Virus record (IMG/VR): IMGVR_UViG_3300043427_002668 | Strand: one strand, 5' to 3' | DNA from: a virus | Lineage: Duplodnaviria; Caudoviricetes | Length of the DNA stretch: 64,000 nucleotides | Made by a program: the position numbers and the translations under genes | Notes under the pieces: model-generated | What the model was told of the DNA's origin: nothing | The model's input: the letters and a program-made list of their open reading frames with translations, nothing else | Database searches by the model: none | In this document: positions 35,576 to 44,304 of the stretch, in pieces | How positions within the stretch are numbered: position 1 is the stretch's first letter | How the letters are laid out: each line of letters starts with the position of its first letter

Positions 35576-36277
35576 ATGAAAATAGATCTCCATAATTTCT
35601 TTTTACACTACGATCCTAAAAATCCAAAGCACGTTGCAGCAGTAGAGCAGTTTGAAAAGGATTTGGAATCTAAAAATCCAGACTTGCTTGATGATGAAAC
35701 GAGTTGGATAAAAATTTATAGATCAAAAGTAGAACCAGTAGTTCCAGGAGTTCTTAATGTTCCTTGGTTCCCACAAACAGATAATTACAGAGATGCACAA
35801 AGAACCTGTAATTCATCTTCTTGTGCGATGTGTCTAGAGTATTTCAAACCAGGCACACTTCAAGGAGCAACAGGCGATGATGCCTATATTCAAAAGGTAT
35901 TCGCAATTGGTGATACGACTGATCACACCGTCCAAACAAAAGTTTTGGAAGGTTATGGTATTAAGTCACGATTTGTTTACAATCTTTCTTTTGCTGATCT
36001 TGATCGTGAGCTTGCCGCTGGGAGACCTGTCGTTATCGGGATTCTTCATCGCGGTTCTTTATCTGCACCTACTGGCGGGCACTTACTTGTAGTGATCGGT
36101 AAGAAAGGTGATGATTATGTTGTAAATGATCCTTATGGTTCTCTCAACGATGGATATACGGGACCAGTTACAAATGGTAAAGGTGCTGTATATAAGAGAT
36201 CAGATCTAATGCAACGATGGTTGGATAAAGGAAAAGATAGAACTGGATGGGGTCGTATTTTTGATGCAAAAAAGTAA
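35576..36277 (+). CDS. C39-like cysteine peptidase (putative endolysin domain)
   Basis: QTDN...CNSSSCAM, GGHLLVVIG, NDPYG (Cys-His-Asp). Confidence 0.85.
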   Translation: MKIDLHNFFLHYDPKNPKHVAAVEQFEKDLESKNPDLLDDETSWIKIYRSKVEPVVPGVLNVPWFPQTDNYRDAQRTCNSSSCAMCLEYFKPGTLQGATGDDAYIQKVFAIGDTTDHTVQTKVLEGYGIKSRFVYNLSFADLDRELAAGRPVVIGILHRGSLSAPTGGHLLVVIGKKGDDYVVNDPYGSLNDGYTGPVTNGKGAVYKRSDLMQRWLDKGKDRTGWGRIFDAKK

Positions 36278-36308
36278 TTAGTTCTATTCCAGTTAAAGGG
36301 GTAGAACT
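36268..36308 (+). promoter_or_regulatory. putative programmed -1 ribosomal frameshift signal
   Basis: In-frame A-AAA-AAG heptamer, 5-nt spacer, then 11-bp hairpin AGTTCTATTCC/GGGGTAGAACT. Confidence 0.7.
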
Positions 36309-36747
36309 GATAAAAGTATTTGAAGGTTGTAAATTAAGAGCATATCCAGATCCTTTGACTGGAGGTGCTCCAATCACAATAGGTTGGGGTTCTACTAGCA
36401 GAAAAGATGGAACTGGATTTATAATGGGTAATACCATTACACAACAGGAAGCAGATGATCTGTTAATGTTTGATATTGAAACAAAATTTATTCCTGCACT
36501 ACAAAAAATCCCTTATTGGAATGAGATGAATGAAAATCAACAAGGAGCACTTCTTTCTTTTGCTTATAATCTTGGTGCTAATTTCTACGGGGGTCCCAAT
36601 TTTAATACCATAACTAGAGTATTAAAGAATAAGGAATGGGATAAAGTTCCTGATGCTTTATATCTTTACCGAAATCCTGGAAGTAATGTAGAGGCAGGAT
36701 TAGCAAGAAGAAGAAAAGCAGAGGGTGATCTTTGGAAAAGAACTTAA
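36271..36747 (+). CDS. GH24 (phage lysozyme) domain with no in-frame ATG upstream of its catalytic Glu; probably made as a fusion
   Basis: LIKVFEGCKLRAYPDPLTGGAPITIGWG (E/D/T triad; Glu at 36322), LLSFAYNLG, GLARRRKAE. The ORF-track start at 36355 omits the Glu. Confidence 0.8.
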   Translation, partial: KVISSIPVKGVELIKVFEGCKLRAYPDPLTGGAPITIGWGSTSRKDGTGFIMGNTITQQEADDLLMFDIETKFIPALQKIPYWNEMNENQQGALLSFAYNLGANFYGGPNFNTITRVLKNKEWDKVPDALYLYRNPGSNVEAGLARRRKAEGDLWKRT

Positions 36748-36784
36748 AATAAATAACAATAGACTTTATTGAGGTGTTATTATT

Positions 36785-38029
36785 ATGGATGAATTTCAAC
36801 TTGAAGAACTGCAAAAGTCAAATCAGCAAATACAGGATACTATCCCTTATGATCCTAATGCTGCATCTAGGTATCCTAATGGATATACACCTGTAGGAAT
36901 TGGTGAAGATAATACTCCAGTCGAACAGGTTGATCCTGTAAACGTTCCTGAAGTAGAAGTAACATCTCCAATATTAAACGACATTATTCCTCAGGACGTT
37001 TATGGGTCTTCTGGGGACAATATTTCCTTTGCGAATAGAAATATTCCAGAGATTGAAAATACAAGAATAGATTCAACAACTCCTATAAGAAACGCAAATG
37101 TCGTTATTAGCAGTTTACCTGGGAATAATATTGTTCCTGATAGTTCTAGCAATAGTGATGGACCACCTATCGAAGAAGATGTGGTAGATCCTCCAGTTGA
37201 TCCAGAGCCTCCTGTAGACCCCCCAGTTGATCCTGAAGATCCACCACCACCTCCACCACCTGAAGAACCTGAAGATCCAGAGGAACCTGAAGAACCTGAA
37301 GAACCTGAAGATCCAGAGGAACCTGAAGAACCTGAAGAACCTGAAGATCCAGAGGAACCAGAGGAACCAGAAGATCCTGAAGATCCTGAAGATCCAGAGG
37401 AACCTGAAGAACCTGAAGATCCAGAGGAACCTGAAGATCCAGAGGAACCTGAAGAACCTGAAGATCCAGAGGAACCTGAAGAACCTGAAGATCCAGAGGA
37501 ACCTGGTGGGGGTAATCCTGGTAATGATAAAGATGTAGGCAATTCCCCTTGGGATGGTGAGACAGGAGCATCAGACAATCCAGGCAAAGGTAATCACCAA
37601 GATGGACAAGATCCCGAACCAAACCAACCTCCAGGCGATTCAAAGAATGATGGAGGACAAAATAATGATCCAAAAGATCCTCCTGGTAATGGAGGAAATG
37701 CTGGAAATGGTGGAGGAAAACCTGATGAACAGCAAAATAATGGATGGGGGAACGGAGATGATGATGCTCCAGGTAATTCCCTCAATCACAATAACGCTGA
37801 AAATGATCAGTCTCCAAGTGAACATTATGATGATTTTGTTGGAAGATTCTTAGAAGAAAATCCAGTAGATCTAAATGTTATTAATACTCACGAAATTCCT
37901 AACGAGCATCCTCTTGATAATTTTGATACTCATATTCCTGATGTTGTATTAGATAATCTCCCAGAGGTTCACTTCGATCACTTTGATCTTCCTACAGATC
38001 ATTTCGATCACGGACCTCATAGTATGTAA
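36785..38029 (+). CDS. acidic Pro/Glu-repeat low-complexity protein
   Basis: 414 aa; (PEE/PED)n tract; Gly/Asn/Asp-rich NNGWGNGD region. Confidence 0.75.
   Translation: MDEFQLEELQKSNQQIQDTIPYDPNAASRYPNGYTPVGIGEDNTPVEQVDPVNVPEVEVTSPILNDIIPQDVYGSSGDNISFANRNIPEIENTRIDSTTPIRNANVVISSLPGNNIVPDSSSNSDGPPIEEDVVDPPVDPEPPVDPPVDPEDPPPPPPPEEPEDPEEPEEPEEPEDPEEPEEPEEPEDPEEPEEPEDPEDPEDPEEPEEPEDPEEPEDPEEPEEPEDPEEPEEPEDPEEPGGGNPGNDKDVGNSPWDGETGASDNPGKGNHQDGQDPEPNQPPGDSKNDGGQNNDPKDPPGNGGNAGNGGGKPDEQQNNGWGNGDDDAPGNSLNHNNAENDQSPSEHYDDFVGRFLEENPVDLNVINTHEIPNEHPLDNFDTHIPDVVLDNLPEVHFDHFDLPTDHFDHGPHSM
37259..37504 (+). repeat. coding tandem repeat of 9-nt units
   Basis: Mixture of CCTGAAGAA, CCTGAAGAT and CCAGAGGAA units, often as a 27-nt superunit. 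Confidence 0.95.
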
Positions 38030-38358
38030 GGATACGCAATACCTTCATTTAACATTCTTTCATTTACAGTGACTGGATCTCCAACACAATAAAGAACTCC
38101 AAGTATTCTTCCGTACTTGTCTTCTTTATGTGTTTCGATAATCCAGTCACCTTCTCTTGCAAGTTCTTTTTCTAACCAAAGTCTTGCATCAATACCTTTT
38201 TTCTTTTCTTCTAAGTCTTTAGTTCTTGTCTCTGCTGCATCAATATCTTTGAGACGAACTCTTTGTCTGAGTGTAATGCTAAATCCTAAATCAATATCAA
38301 CGTCAACAGTGTCTCCATCAATGACCCTGTGAATCTTCTTTATTTTGTACTGATACAT
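38017..38358 (-). CDS. thermonuclease (SNase-like) family nuclease
   Basis: VIDGDTV, RVRLKDIDAAE, DKYGRILG; the frame extends upstream to 38451 as a hydrophobic leader. Confidence 0.85.
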   Translation of the reverse strand: MYQYKIKKIHRVIDGDTVDVDIDLGFSITLRQRVRLKDIDAAETRTKDLEEKKKGIDARLWLEKELAREGDWIIETHKEDKYGRILGVLYCVGDPVTVNERMLNEGIAYPYIL

Positions 38359-38454
38359 TTTCCTGATTTGCGATGAGTAGGATTTTGTAGATAGCCCAAG
38401 CAACACCAACCAAACAAATACCAAGAAGAATATTAACAGACCAAACGACATCTT

Positions 38455-38646
38455 TCATTTTCCCTCTTGCTTATGAATCCAAGTTTTAAGTTCGTGTAAG
38501 TATTGTCTCAGCATATCTGCTTTATGTAGATGCCAAACATCACCACTCTTAAAGTATTCTTGAGTGTGATTATCTATTGCTTTTAGAATGTTATGTATCG
38601 GTGCGTTCCAAGGCTCACGCTTGGGAGTATTCCATTCTCGCGGCAA
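38455..38646 (-). CDS. conserved cyanophage hypothetical protein
   Basis: MPREWNTPKREPWNAPIH... Confidence 0.7.
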   Translation of the reverse strand: MPREWNTPKREPWNAPIHNILKAIDNHTQEYFKSGDVWHLHKADMLRQYLHELKTWIHKQEGK

Positions 38647-38655
38647 GGTGACACC

Positions 38656-38757
38656 TCACTTTTTCTTACCACCATTTTTTGCTTTTTTCGCAGTCGCATT
38701 ACCTTGATTTTGTTTTGAAGGTCCTTTCTTGGACTTCTTGTTAGGCGACTTAGACAT
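38656..38757 (-). CDS. 33 aa Lys-rich peptide
   Basis: MSKSPNKKSKKGPSKQNQGNATAKKAKNGGKKK read manually. Confidence 0.5.
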   Translation of the reverse strand: MSKSPNKKSKKGPSKQNQGNATAKKAKNGGKKK

Positions 38758-38792
38758 TAGTAGTCCTTATGATGCAAGAGTATTTAGGGGGG

Positions 38793-38821
38793 TTGACAGG
38801 TTCTTCACGAACTGTTATGAT
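38793..38821 (+). promoter_or_regulatory. sigma70 promoter for psbA
   Basis: TTGACA-17 nt-TATGAT. Confidence 0.75.
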
Positions 38822-38865
38822 AAATACATCAACGGGTTAAGAAATGTAACAGGTTCTTAATCTTT

Positions 38866-38980
38866 GTGCTCCCGTTAACCGAGACCTATGGGAGGGTAAA
38901 TCACGTCTCTCATACCCACACTGGAGGGTGGTGTGGGGAATATTGTAACATCCAGAACCCCCTGGACTTTTACTTACCCT
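38866..38980 (+). ncRNA. structured psbA leader, probable PhotoRC-II motif
   Basis: CTCCC/GGGAG, GAGAC/GTCTC, CCACAC/GTGTGG and TCCAG/CTGGA pairings upstream of phage psbA. Confidence 0.6.
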
Positions 38981-38990
38981 TTAACGAAAA

Positions 38991-40070
38991 ATGACTGCTA
39001 CAATTTCACAACAACGTTCTACTTCCACTTGGGATCAATTCTGCGAGTGGGTTACTTCAACGAACAACCGCCTCTATGTTGGTTGGTTCGGTACTCTGAT
39101 GATTCCAACGCTGCTTGCCGCAACGATTTGTTTCATCGTCGCCTTCATTGCTGCACCTCCTGTAGACATTGACGGCATCCGTGAACCAGTTGCTGGTTCG
39201 CTAATGTACGGAAACAACATCATTTCAGGTGCTGTTATTCCTTCAAGCAACGCCATTGGCTTGCACTTTTATCCCATCTGGGAAGCTGCCTCTCTTGATG
39301 AGTGGCTTTACAACGGTGGTCCTTACCAACTGGTAGTCTTCCACTTCCTCATCGGTATTTTCTCTTATATGGGACGTGAGTGGGAACTCTCCTATCGTCT
39401 TGGTATGCGTCCTTGGATTTGCGTAGCATATTCTGCACCTGTTGCTGCTGCTACTGCTGTTTTCCTGGTTTATCCTTTCGGTCAAGGTTCTTTCTCTGAT
39501 GGTATGCCTCTGGGTATCTCTGGTACTTTCAACTATATGCTTGTGTTCCAGGCAGAGCATAACATTCTGATGCACCCCTTCCATATGCTTGGAGTTGCTG
39601 GTGTCTTCGGTGGTTCTCTGTTCTCTGCGATGCACGGTTCACTGGTGACTTCCTCGCTGGTTCGTGAAACCACTGAGAATGAGTCGCAGAACTATGGTTA
39701 CAAGTTCGGTCAAGAAGAAGAGACTTATAACATCGTTGCCGCACACGGTTACTTTGGTCGTCTGATCTTCCAATATGCTTCGTTCAACAACTCTCGTTCG
39801 CTGCACTTCTTCCTCGCTGCCTGGCCCGTTGTAGGCATCTGGTTCACTGCTCTTGGTGTTTCTACGATGGCTTTCAATTTGAATGGTTTCAACTTTAATC
39901 AAAGTATTGTTGATAGTCAGGGTAAGGTAATCAATACCTGGGCTGATGTACTCAACCGTGCCAATCTCGGGATGGAGGTGTCCCATGAGAGAAACGCACA
40001 TAACTTTCCATTGGATCTTGCAAGCGTAGAAGCAACTCCTGTTGCTCTTACCGCTCCTACAATCGGTTGA
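38991..40070 (+). CDS. psbA: photosystem II D1 protein
   Basis: Full-length D1 ([25 protein letters not shown]); intronless; Ser replaces the usual Met331. Confidence 0.99.
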   Translation: MTATISQQRSTSTWDQFCEWVTSTNNRLYVGWFGTLMIPTLLAATICFIVAFIAAPPVDIDGIREPVAGSLMYGNNIISGAVIPSSNAIGLHFYPIWEAASLDEWLYNGGPYQLVVFHFLIGIFSYMGREWELSYRLGMRPWICVAYSAPVAAATAVFLVYPFGQGSFSDGMPLGISGTFNYMLVFQAEHNILMHPFHMLGVAGVFGGSLFSAMHGSLVTSSLVRETTENESQNYGYKFGQEEETYNIVAAHGYFGRLIFQYASFNNSRSLHFFLAAWPVVGIWFTALGVSTMAFNLNGFNFNQSIVDSQGKVINTWADVLNRANLGMEVSHERNAHNFPLDLASVEATPVALTAPTIG

Positions 40071-40091
40071 TAAAAACTTCATAAGTTTTTT

Positions 40092-40124
40092 AGAGACCCG
40101 AAAGGGTCTCTTTTTTTATAAATA
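40092..40124 (+). terminator. psbA terminator followed by late promoter TATAAATA (40117-40124)
   Basis: AGAGACCC-GAAA-GGGTCTCT plus T7. Confidence 0.8.
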
Positions 40125-40150
40125 AGTATAGAAAATAAGCATTACAAAAA

Positions 40151-40522
40151 ATGAAAGTTTGTTCTAAGTGTAATCAATCTCTACCAGAAAGTTCTTTTCA
40201 TAAACGAACTTATTCTTCTGGTAGTGTTGGGTTGCAACCAAAATGTAAAAAGTGTTCTACTGAAAATCGTAGGCAATACTATAAACCTCACGAATTTATG
40301 CGTAGGAAGTTCAAACTTACCGAACAGCAATACGCAGAACTTATGAAAAATGAGAACTGTCAGATATGTAATGTGGAACTAACAAAGAAATGTATAGACC
40401 ACTGCCACTCTACAAATAAGGTTCGCGGTGTCCTCTGCAATAACTGCAATACTGCACTGGGTCTTGTTGGAGATAATATTCAAACACTTCAAAAAATGAT
40501 TGAATATCTAAATGCTTATTGA
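40151..40522 (+). CDS. endonuclease VII-like (F-CphI/DHHRN-type) free-standing homing endonuclease
   Basis: CQICN...IDHCHSTNKVRGVLCNNCNTALG; N-terminal CSKC...CKKC; directly downstream of psbA. Confidence 0.85.
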   Translation: MKVCSKCNQSLPESSFHKRTYSSGSVGLQPKCKKCSTENRRQYYKPHEFMRRKFKLTEQQYAELMKNENCQICNVELTKKCIDHCHSTNKVRGVLCNNCNTALGLVGDNIQTLQKMIEYLNAY

Positions 40523-40548
40523 TATAAAACTTAATAACTGATATAATT

Positions 40549-40575
40549 AAGAGGGTATAACAACCCTCTTTTTTT
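40549..40575 (+). terminator. intrinsic terminator
   Basis: AAGAGGGT/ACCCTCTT plus T-run. Confidence 0.7.
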
Positions 40576-40848
40576 ATGCTTTATCTTTTCTCAAAAACGG
40601 AATGCGGTCCTTGTATTCTAGTCAAAAAGTATTTCAAAACGATGAATGACCCAAGGACAGAACAAATTAAAGAAATTCTTCTTGATGATGGATGTGCCGA
40701 AGAAGATCTTCAATTTGCTAAAAAATATGGAGTTACCGCAACTCCTACTCTTCTAGTCATTAAAGATGATGAAGTAATCGAAGAGTATATTGGTGGAGTT
40801 CCTATTACACAGAACATTACCAAGATTTTAGGTAACTATACTGATTGA
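40576..40848 (+). CDS. thioredoxin/glutaredoxin-like protein
   Basis: CGPC active site; YGVTATPTL. Confidence 0.85.
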   Translation: MLYLFSKTECGPCILVKKYFKTMNDPRTEQIKEILLDDGCAEEDLQFAKKYGVTATPTLLVIKDDEVIEEYIGGVPITQNITKILGNYTD

Positions 40849-40873
40849 CTTCCTGATTAAGAAACATTACAAT
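40845..40873 (+). promoter_or_regulatory. sigma70 promoter for psbD
   Basis: TTGACT-17 nt-TACAAT. Confidence 0.7.
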
Positions 40874-40901
40874 AAATATTACAAATCATTACGGAGGATT
40901 G

Positions 40902-41963
40902 ATGGTTTCGTCAACACTTTCACAACCAATTTCACAAAGGGGGTGGTTCGATGTCTTGGATGACTGGCTTAAACGAGATCGCTTTGTATTTGTGGGCTGG
41001 TCTGGACTACTTCTTTTTCCCACTGCTTATTTGGCCCTTGGTGGCTGGCTTACTGGCACAACGTTTGTTACAAGCTGGTACACCCACGGGTTGGCGTCTA
41101 GTTACCTTGAGGGTGCTAATTTCCTCACAGCAGCTGTTTCGACGCCTGCAGATGCTATGGGTCATTCTCTTCTTCTACTTTGGGGTCCTGAGTCTCAAGG
41201 GGATTTCGTCAGGTGGTGCCAACTTGGGGGACTCTGGACTTTTGTGGCGCTCCACGGAGCCTTCGCTCTTATAGGTTTTATGCTTCGACAGTTTGAGATT
41301 GCTCGTCTTGTAGGCATCCGTCCTTACAATGCAATCGCATTCTCTGGTCCTATCGCTGTATTTGTTTCTGTATTCCTGATGTATCCACTGGGTCAATCCA
41401 GTTGGTTCTTTGCTCCATCCTTTGGTGTTGCTGCTATCTTTAGGTTCCTTCTGTTTCTTCAGGGTTTCCACAACTGGACCCTCAACCCCTTCCATATGAT
41501 GGGAGTTGCTGGTATACTGGGTGGAGCACTGCTCTGTGCGATTCATGGAGCAACTGTAGAAAATACATTATTTGAAGATGGCGAACAAGCAAACACTTTC
41601 AAGGCATTTGAACCGACTCAAGAGGAAGAGACTTATTCGATGGTTACTGCAAACCGATTCTGGTCGCAGATTTTTGGAATTGCTTTTTCCAATAAGCGTT
41701 GGTTACATTTTTTCATGCTTTTTGTTCCCGTTATGGGTCTCTGGACTAGTTCTATTGGCATTATTGGTTTGGCTCTCAATCTTAGGGCCTATGATTTTGT
41801 AAGTCAGGAAATTCGTGCTGCGGAAGACCCGGAATTTGAGACATTTTACACAAAAAATATATTATTAAACGAAGGCCTCCGTGCTTGGATGGCTCCTACA
41901 GATCAACCTCACGAAAACTTCCAGTTTCCTGATGAAATATTGCCGCGAGGAAATGCTTTATGA
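40902..41963 (+). CDS. psbD: photosystem II D2 protein
   Basis: [45 protein letters not shown]. Confidence 0.99.
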   Translation: MVSSTLSQPISQRGWFDVLDDWLKRDRFVFVGWSGLLLFPTAYLALGGWLTGTTFVTSWYTHGLASSYLEGANFLTAAVSTPADAMGHSLLLLWGPESQGDFVRWCQLGGLWTFVALHGAFALIGFMLRQFEIARLVGIRPYNAIAFSGPIAVFVSVFLMYPLGQSSWFFAPSFGVAAIFRFLLFLQGFHNWTLNPFHMMGVAGILGGALLCAIHGATVENTLFEDGEQANTFKAFEPTQEEETYSMVTANRFWSQIFGIAFSNKRWLHFFMLFVPVMGLWTSSIGIIGLALNLRAYDFVSQEIRAAEDPEFETFYTKNILLNEGLRAWMAPTDQPHENFQFPDEILPRGNAL

Positions 41964-41969
41964 TATAAT
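41940..41969 (+). promoter_or_regulatory. promoter built into the last psbD codons
   Basis: TTGCCG-18 nt-TATAAT; the psbD TGA stop supplies the TG of an extended -10. Confidence 0.55.
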
Positions 41970-41986
41970 TAGTATTACTTGCGGTA

Positions 41987-42571
41987 ATGCTAATGGTTTG
42001 GAATAAAGGATTAAAAAATGACCCCCGATTAAAAGGGGGTCGCCCTAAATCAAGTCTCTCATATGTCGGTCAGACTTGTGGGAGACTTACTATTTTAGAA
42101 CAGTATAGTGATAAGAAAAGCATTTATTTTAAATGTGAGTGTGAATGTGGTAATATAAAGGACAAAATTCGTAAGGATTATATAATAGGATCTAAAGCAG
42201 AAATAAAATCTTGTGGATGTAGATTAAAAGAACTTCATCAAGAAAGGAGGGAGAAAGGTATTGATGAAGTATCTGCCATGTGGTCTAGAGCAAAATATAG
42301 AGCAAAGCAGAAAGGATTAGACTTCGCAATAGAACAAAAAGATATTATTATTCCAGATAAGTGTCCTCTTCTTGGAATACCATTAGAATGTCATCGTGGT
42401 AAGGGAAGTCAGCAAGGAAATTCTCCATCTTTAGATCGTATTGACCCCTCAAAGGGATACATAAAAGGTAATGTGTGGGTCATAAGTAATAGAGCAAACA
42501 CTCTCAAAAATGACGCCACCCTACAAGAACTTCAAACACTTTTAGAAAACCTCAAATTTTATGTCTCATAA
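41987..42571 (+). CDS. His-Me/HNH-like free-standing endonuclease
   Basis: GRLTI...CECECG...SCGC N-terminus; CPLLG...SLDRIDPSKGYIKGNVWVISNRAN. Confidence 0.78.
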   Translation: MLMVWNKGLKNDPRLKGGRPKSSLSYVGQTCGRLTILEQYSDKKSIYFKCECECGNIKDKIRKDYIIGSKAEIKSCGCRLKELHQERREKGIDEVSAMWSRAKYRAKQKGLDFAIEQKDIIIPDKCPLLGIPLECHRGKGSQQGNSPSLDRIDPSKGYIKGNVWVISNRANTLKNDATLQELQTLLENLKFYVS

Positions 42572-42680
42572 CCGCGATTACGAACCTATGGAGCCCTGGG
42601 TGGTTTGGGCTGGTGTAGGAATTATGATATTTACAGTTATTGTGTTTGTTGTATTCACTCTTTCGATGATGTACTTTTAA
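42561..42680 (+). CDS. 39 aa single-TM peptide
   Basis: MSHNRDYEPMEPWVVWAGVGIMIFTVIVFVVFTLSMMYF. Confidence 0.5.
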   Translation: MSHNRDYEPMEPWVVWAGVGIMIFTVIVFVVFTLSMMYF

Positions 42681-42891
42681 GCATATGTTCTTCATCCTTA
42701 CAGTCTTCATACTCTTTGGTATCTTTATGTTTGTAATTTCATTCATATGATATTGACAACTATGCAAAAATCGCATAGAATATCAACACTTCCCACAAAT
42801 GGGACTTGCGCTATATCTAAAGGTTTGTTATACTATGGTCAAGAAAGGGCACCAAGTGTAGTGTCTTTTTTATGTCCTTTACGATAAAAAA

Positions 42892-43317
42892 ATGAAACCT
42901 TTTTCATATTATCAAGAGACTTCGGTATCAATACCAAAGAAAGACGATTATATGACCATCTATTATTACCGAAAGGGAGTAATGGTAGGAATGAAAAGAC
43001 AGTTTGAAGATGATTTTGAACCTCCAAAGGGATGTGTAGAAGAGAAGGTTCTTGATGAGGTTTCATTTAATGCTCATATGAAACATTATCATGAAGAAAA
43101 CAAAAGATTGCAGGATGAGTTTCGTAGAGATCTCATTGAAGAATATGGAATGACAGGGCATCCAAAAGCAGATAAGATTTTTAATAAGGCTTGGGATATG
43201 GGATGCTCTTTGGGTTATCAAGCAATTCAAGATTACTTTGAAGATCTTGTAGAACTATTTGATAAAGAACTGGTGATTGACGAAAGCACAAATCTTTTTG
43301 AAGTAATGGTCAATTGA
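42892..43317 (+). CDS. hypothetical protein
   Basis: 141 aa; HPKADKIFNKAWDMG motif. Confidence 0.7.
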   Translation: MKPFSYYQETSVSIPKKDDYMTIYYYRKGVMVGMKRQFEDDFEPPKGCVEEKVLDEVSFNAHMKHYHEENKRLQDEFRRDLIEEYGMTGHPKADKIFNKAWDMGCSLGYQAIQDYFEDLVELFDKELVIDESTNLFEVMVN

Positions 43318-43517
43318 TATGGAAAAAAAAACAAAAAGAAATTGTTAGAACCCTTCAAGTTCTATTATGGTTATGGTTTGGTGTTATGACTTCATTTGTT
43401 TCAACTAATGTTGTAAATATTGCAAGACTTGAAACTGAAGTAAAAGTCCTTCACAAGGACATAGAAGATTTACAAAATCGCATTATATCCTTAAAGCAAC
43501 ATACTACATCAAAATAA
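43314..43517 (+). CDS. small TM plus coiled-coil protein
   Basis: 67 aa ORF. Confidence 0.5.
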   Translation: MIWKKKQKEIVRTLQVLLWLWFGVMTSFVSTNVVNIARLETEVKVLHKDIEDLQNRIISLKQHTTSK

Positions 43518-43521
43518 AATT

Positions 43522-43833
43522 ATGTCTCTTACTATTGAACAAATCGAACAACAGATTTCGGATCTCCAAAAAACTTTGGATGAACTGAAAAACCAAAAAC
43601 TCAAAGTATCCCGACACTTCTCTGGGCAATACTTTGAACCTTATCAAGGTAGACTGTATAGGCGAATGGAATCTGACGGAGTACCTCTTTGGGAAACCTA
43701 TCTTGATATTAAAAAAGAATGGGTTATTCTTGATGCAAAAGAAATGATGGAACTTGAAAAGACTTATTTAAATGATTGTGTTTCCTTGAATAAGGAACCT
43801 TCTTCAGAAAGTCTTGAAGAATTTATGAAATAA
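43522..43833 (+). CDS. hypothetical protein
   Basis: 103 aa ORF with N-terminal coiled coil. Confidence 0.7.
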   Translation: MSLTIEQIEQQISDLQKTLDELKNQKLKVSRHFSGQYFEPYQGRLYRRMESDGVPLWETYLDIKKEWVILDAKEMMELEKTYLNDCVSLNKEPSSESLEEFMK

Positions 43834-43873
43834 AAAATAAAGAGTGGTGCTGTAGCATCACTCTTTTAAAGTA

Positions 43874-44152
43874 TTAAGATACTGGAGGAATTGGTTCTAT
43901 TATCGGAACAACATCTGGTGGATTCTTAGAAGATTCTGGAGCAGGATGCATTGATTGATTAATCACAGAATCCTGAATTACATCAGTCATATCTCCAAAG
44001 TTATTAATACTTTGATCTACATCTGCAATCTGACTATCAATTATATTTTTTTGATAGTTGTAGTATGGATTGTAATAATATCTTCTATAATAATAAGGAT
44101 CAATATTATAATATCTCATATAATAAGGATATGGTTGATAGTGGTATTGCAT
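43874..44152 (-). CDS. Tyr-rich protein (92 aa)
   Basis: MQYHYQPYPYYMRYYNIDPYYYRRYYYNPYY...; AGGAG SD before ATG 44152. Confidence 0.7.
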   Translation of the reverse strand: MQYHYQPYPYYMRYYNIDPYYYRRYYYNPYYNYQKNIIDSQIADVDQSINNFGDMTDVIQDSVINQSMHPAPESSKNPPDVVPIIEPIPPVS

Positions 44153-44166
44153 TTTGAATCTCCTAC

Positions 44167-44304
44167 TTAGTAAGGATAGTACGGATAATAAGGATAATAA
44201 GGGCAATATCTATCGTAGTAAGGATAACGCCCATAATAATAAGGATCATAGTAGTCATAGTATCTTCTATGGCAATATGGGTAGTAAGGTCTCGGATAGT
44301 ACAT
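44167..44304 (-). CDS. 45 aa Tyr/Pro-rich peptide (CotT-like composition)
   Basis: 23 of 45 residues are Tyr and 9 are Pro; AGGAG SD before ATG 44304. Confidence 0.65.
   Translation of the reverse strand: MYYPRPYYPYCHRRYYDYYDPYYYGRYPYYDRYCPYYPYYPYYPY

Noticed and set aside
36355-36747. ORF-track lysozyme start at TTG 36355
   Set aside because: It would omit the catalytic Glu (FEG) and Asp, so it cannot yield an active GH24 enzyme.
37259-37504. Possible CRISPR array or non-coding repeat
   Set aside because: Units are 9-nt in-frame codon triplets with no unique spacers; it is a coding Pro/Glu repeat.
37000-37673. Antisense Gly/Ser-repeat and Leu/Gln-repeat ORFs
   Set aside because: These are shadows of the repeat on other frames, with no RBS or independent signals.
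40862-40895. RpaB/HLR1 direct repeat at the psbD promoter
   Set aside because: ATTACA repeats have 12- and 10-nt periods with several mismatches; too weak.
38991-41963. Group I intron in psbA or psbD
   Set aside because: Both genes are uninterrupted and full length.
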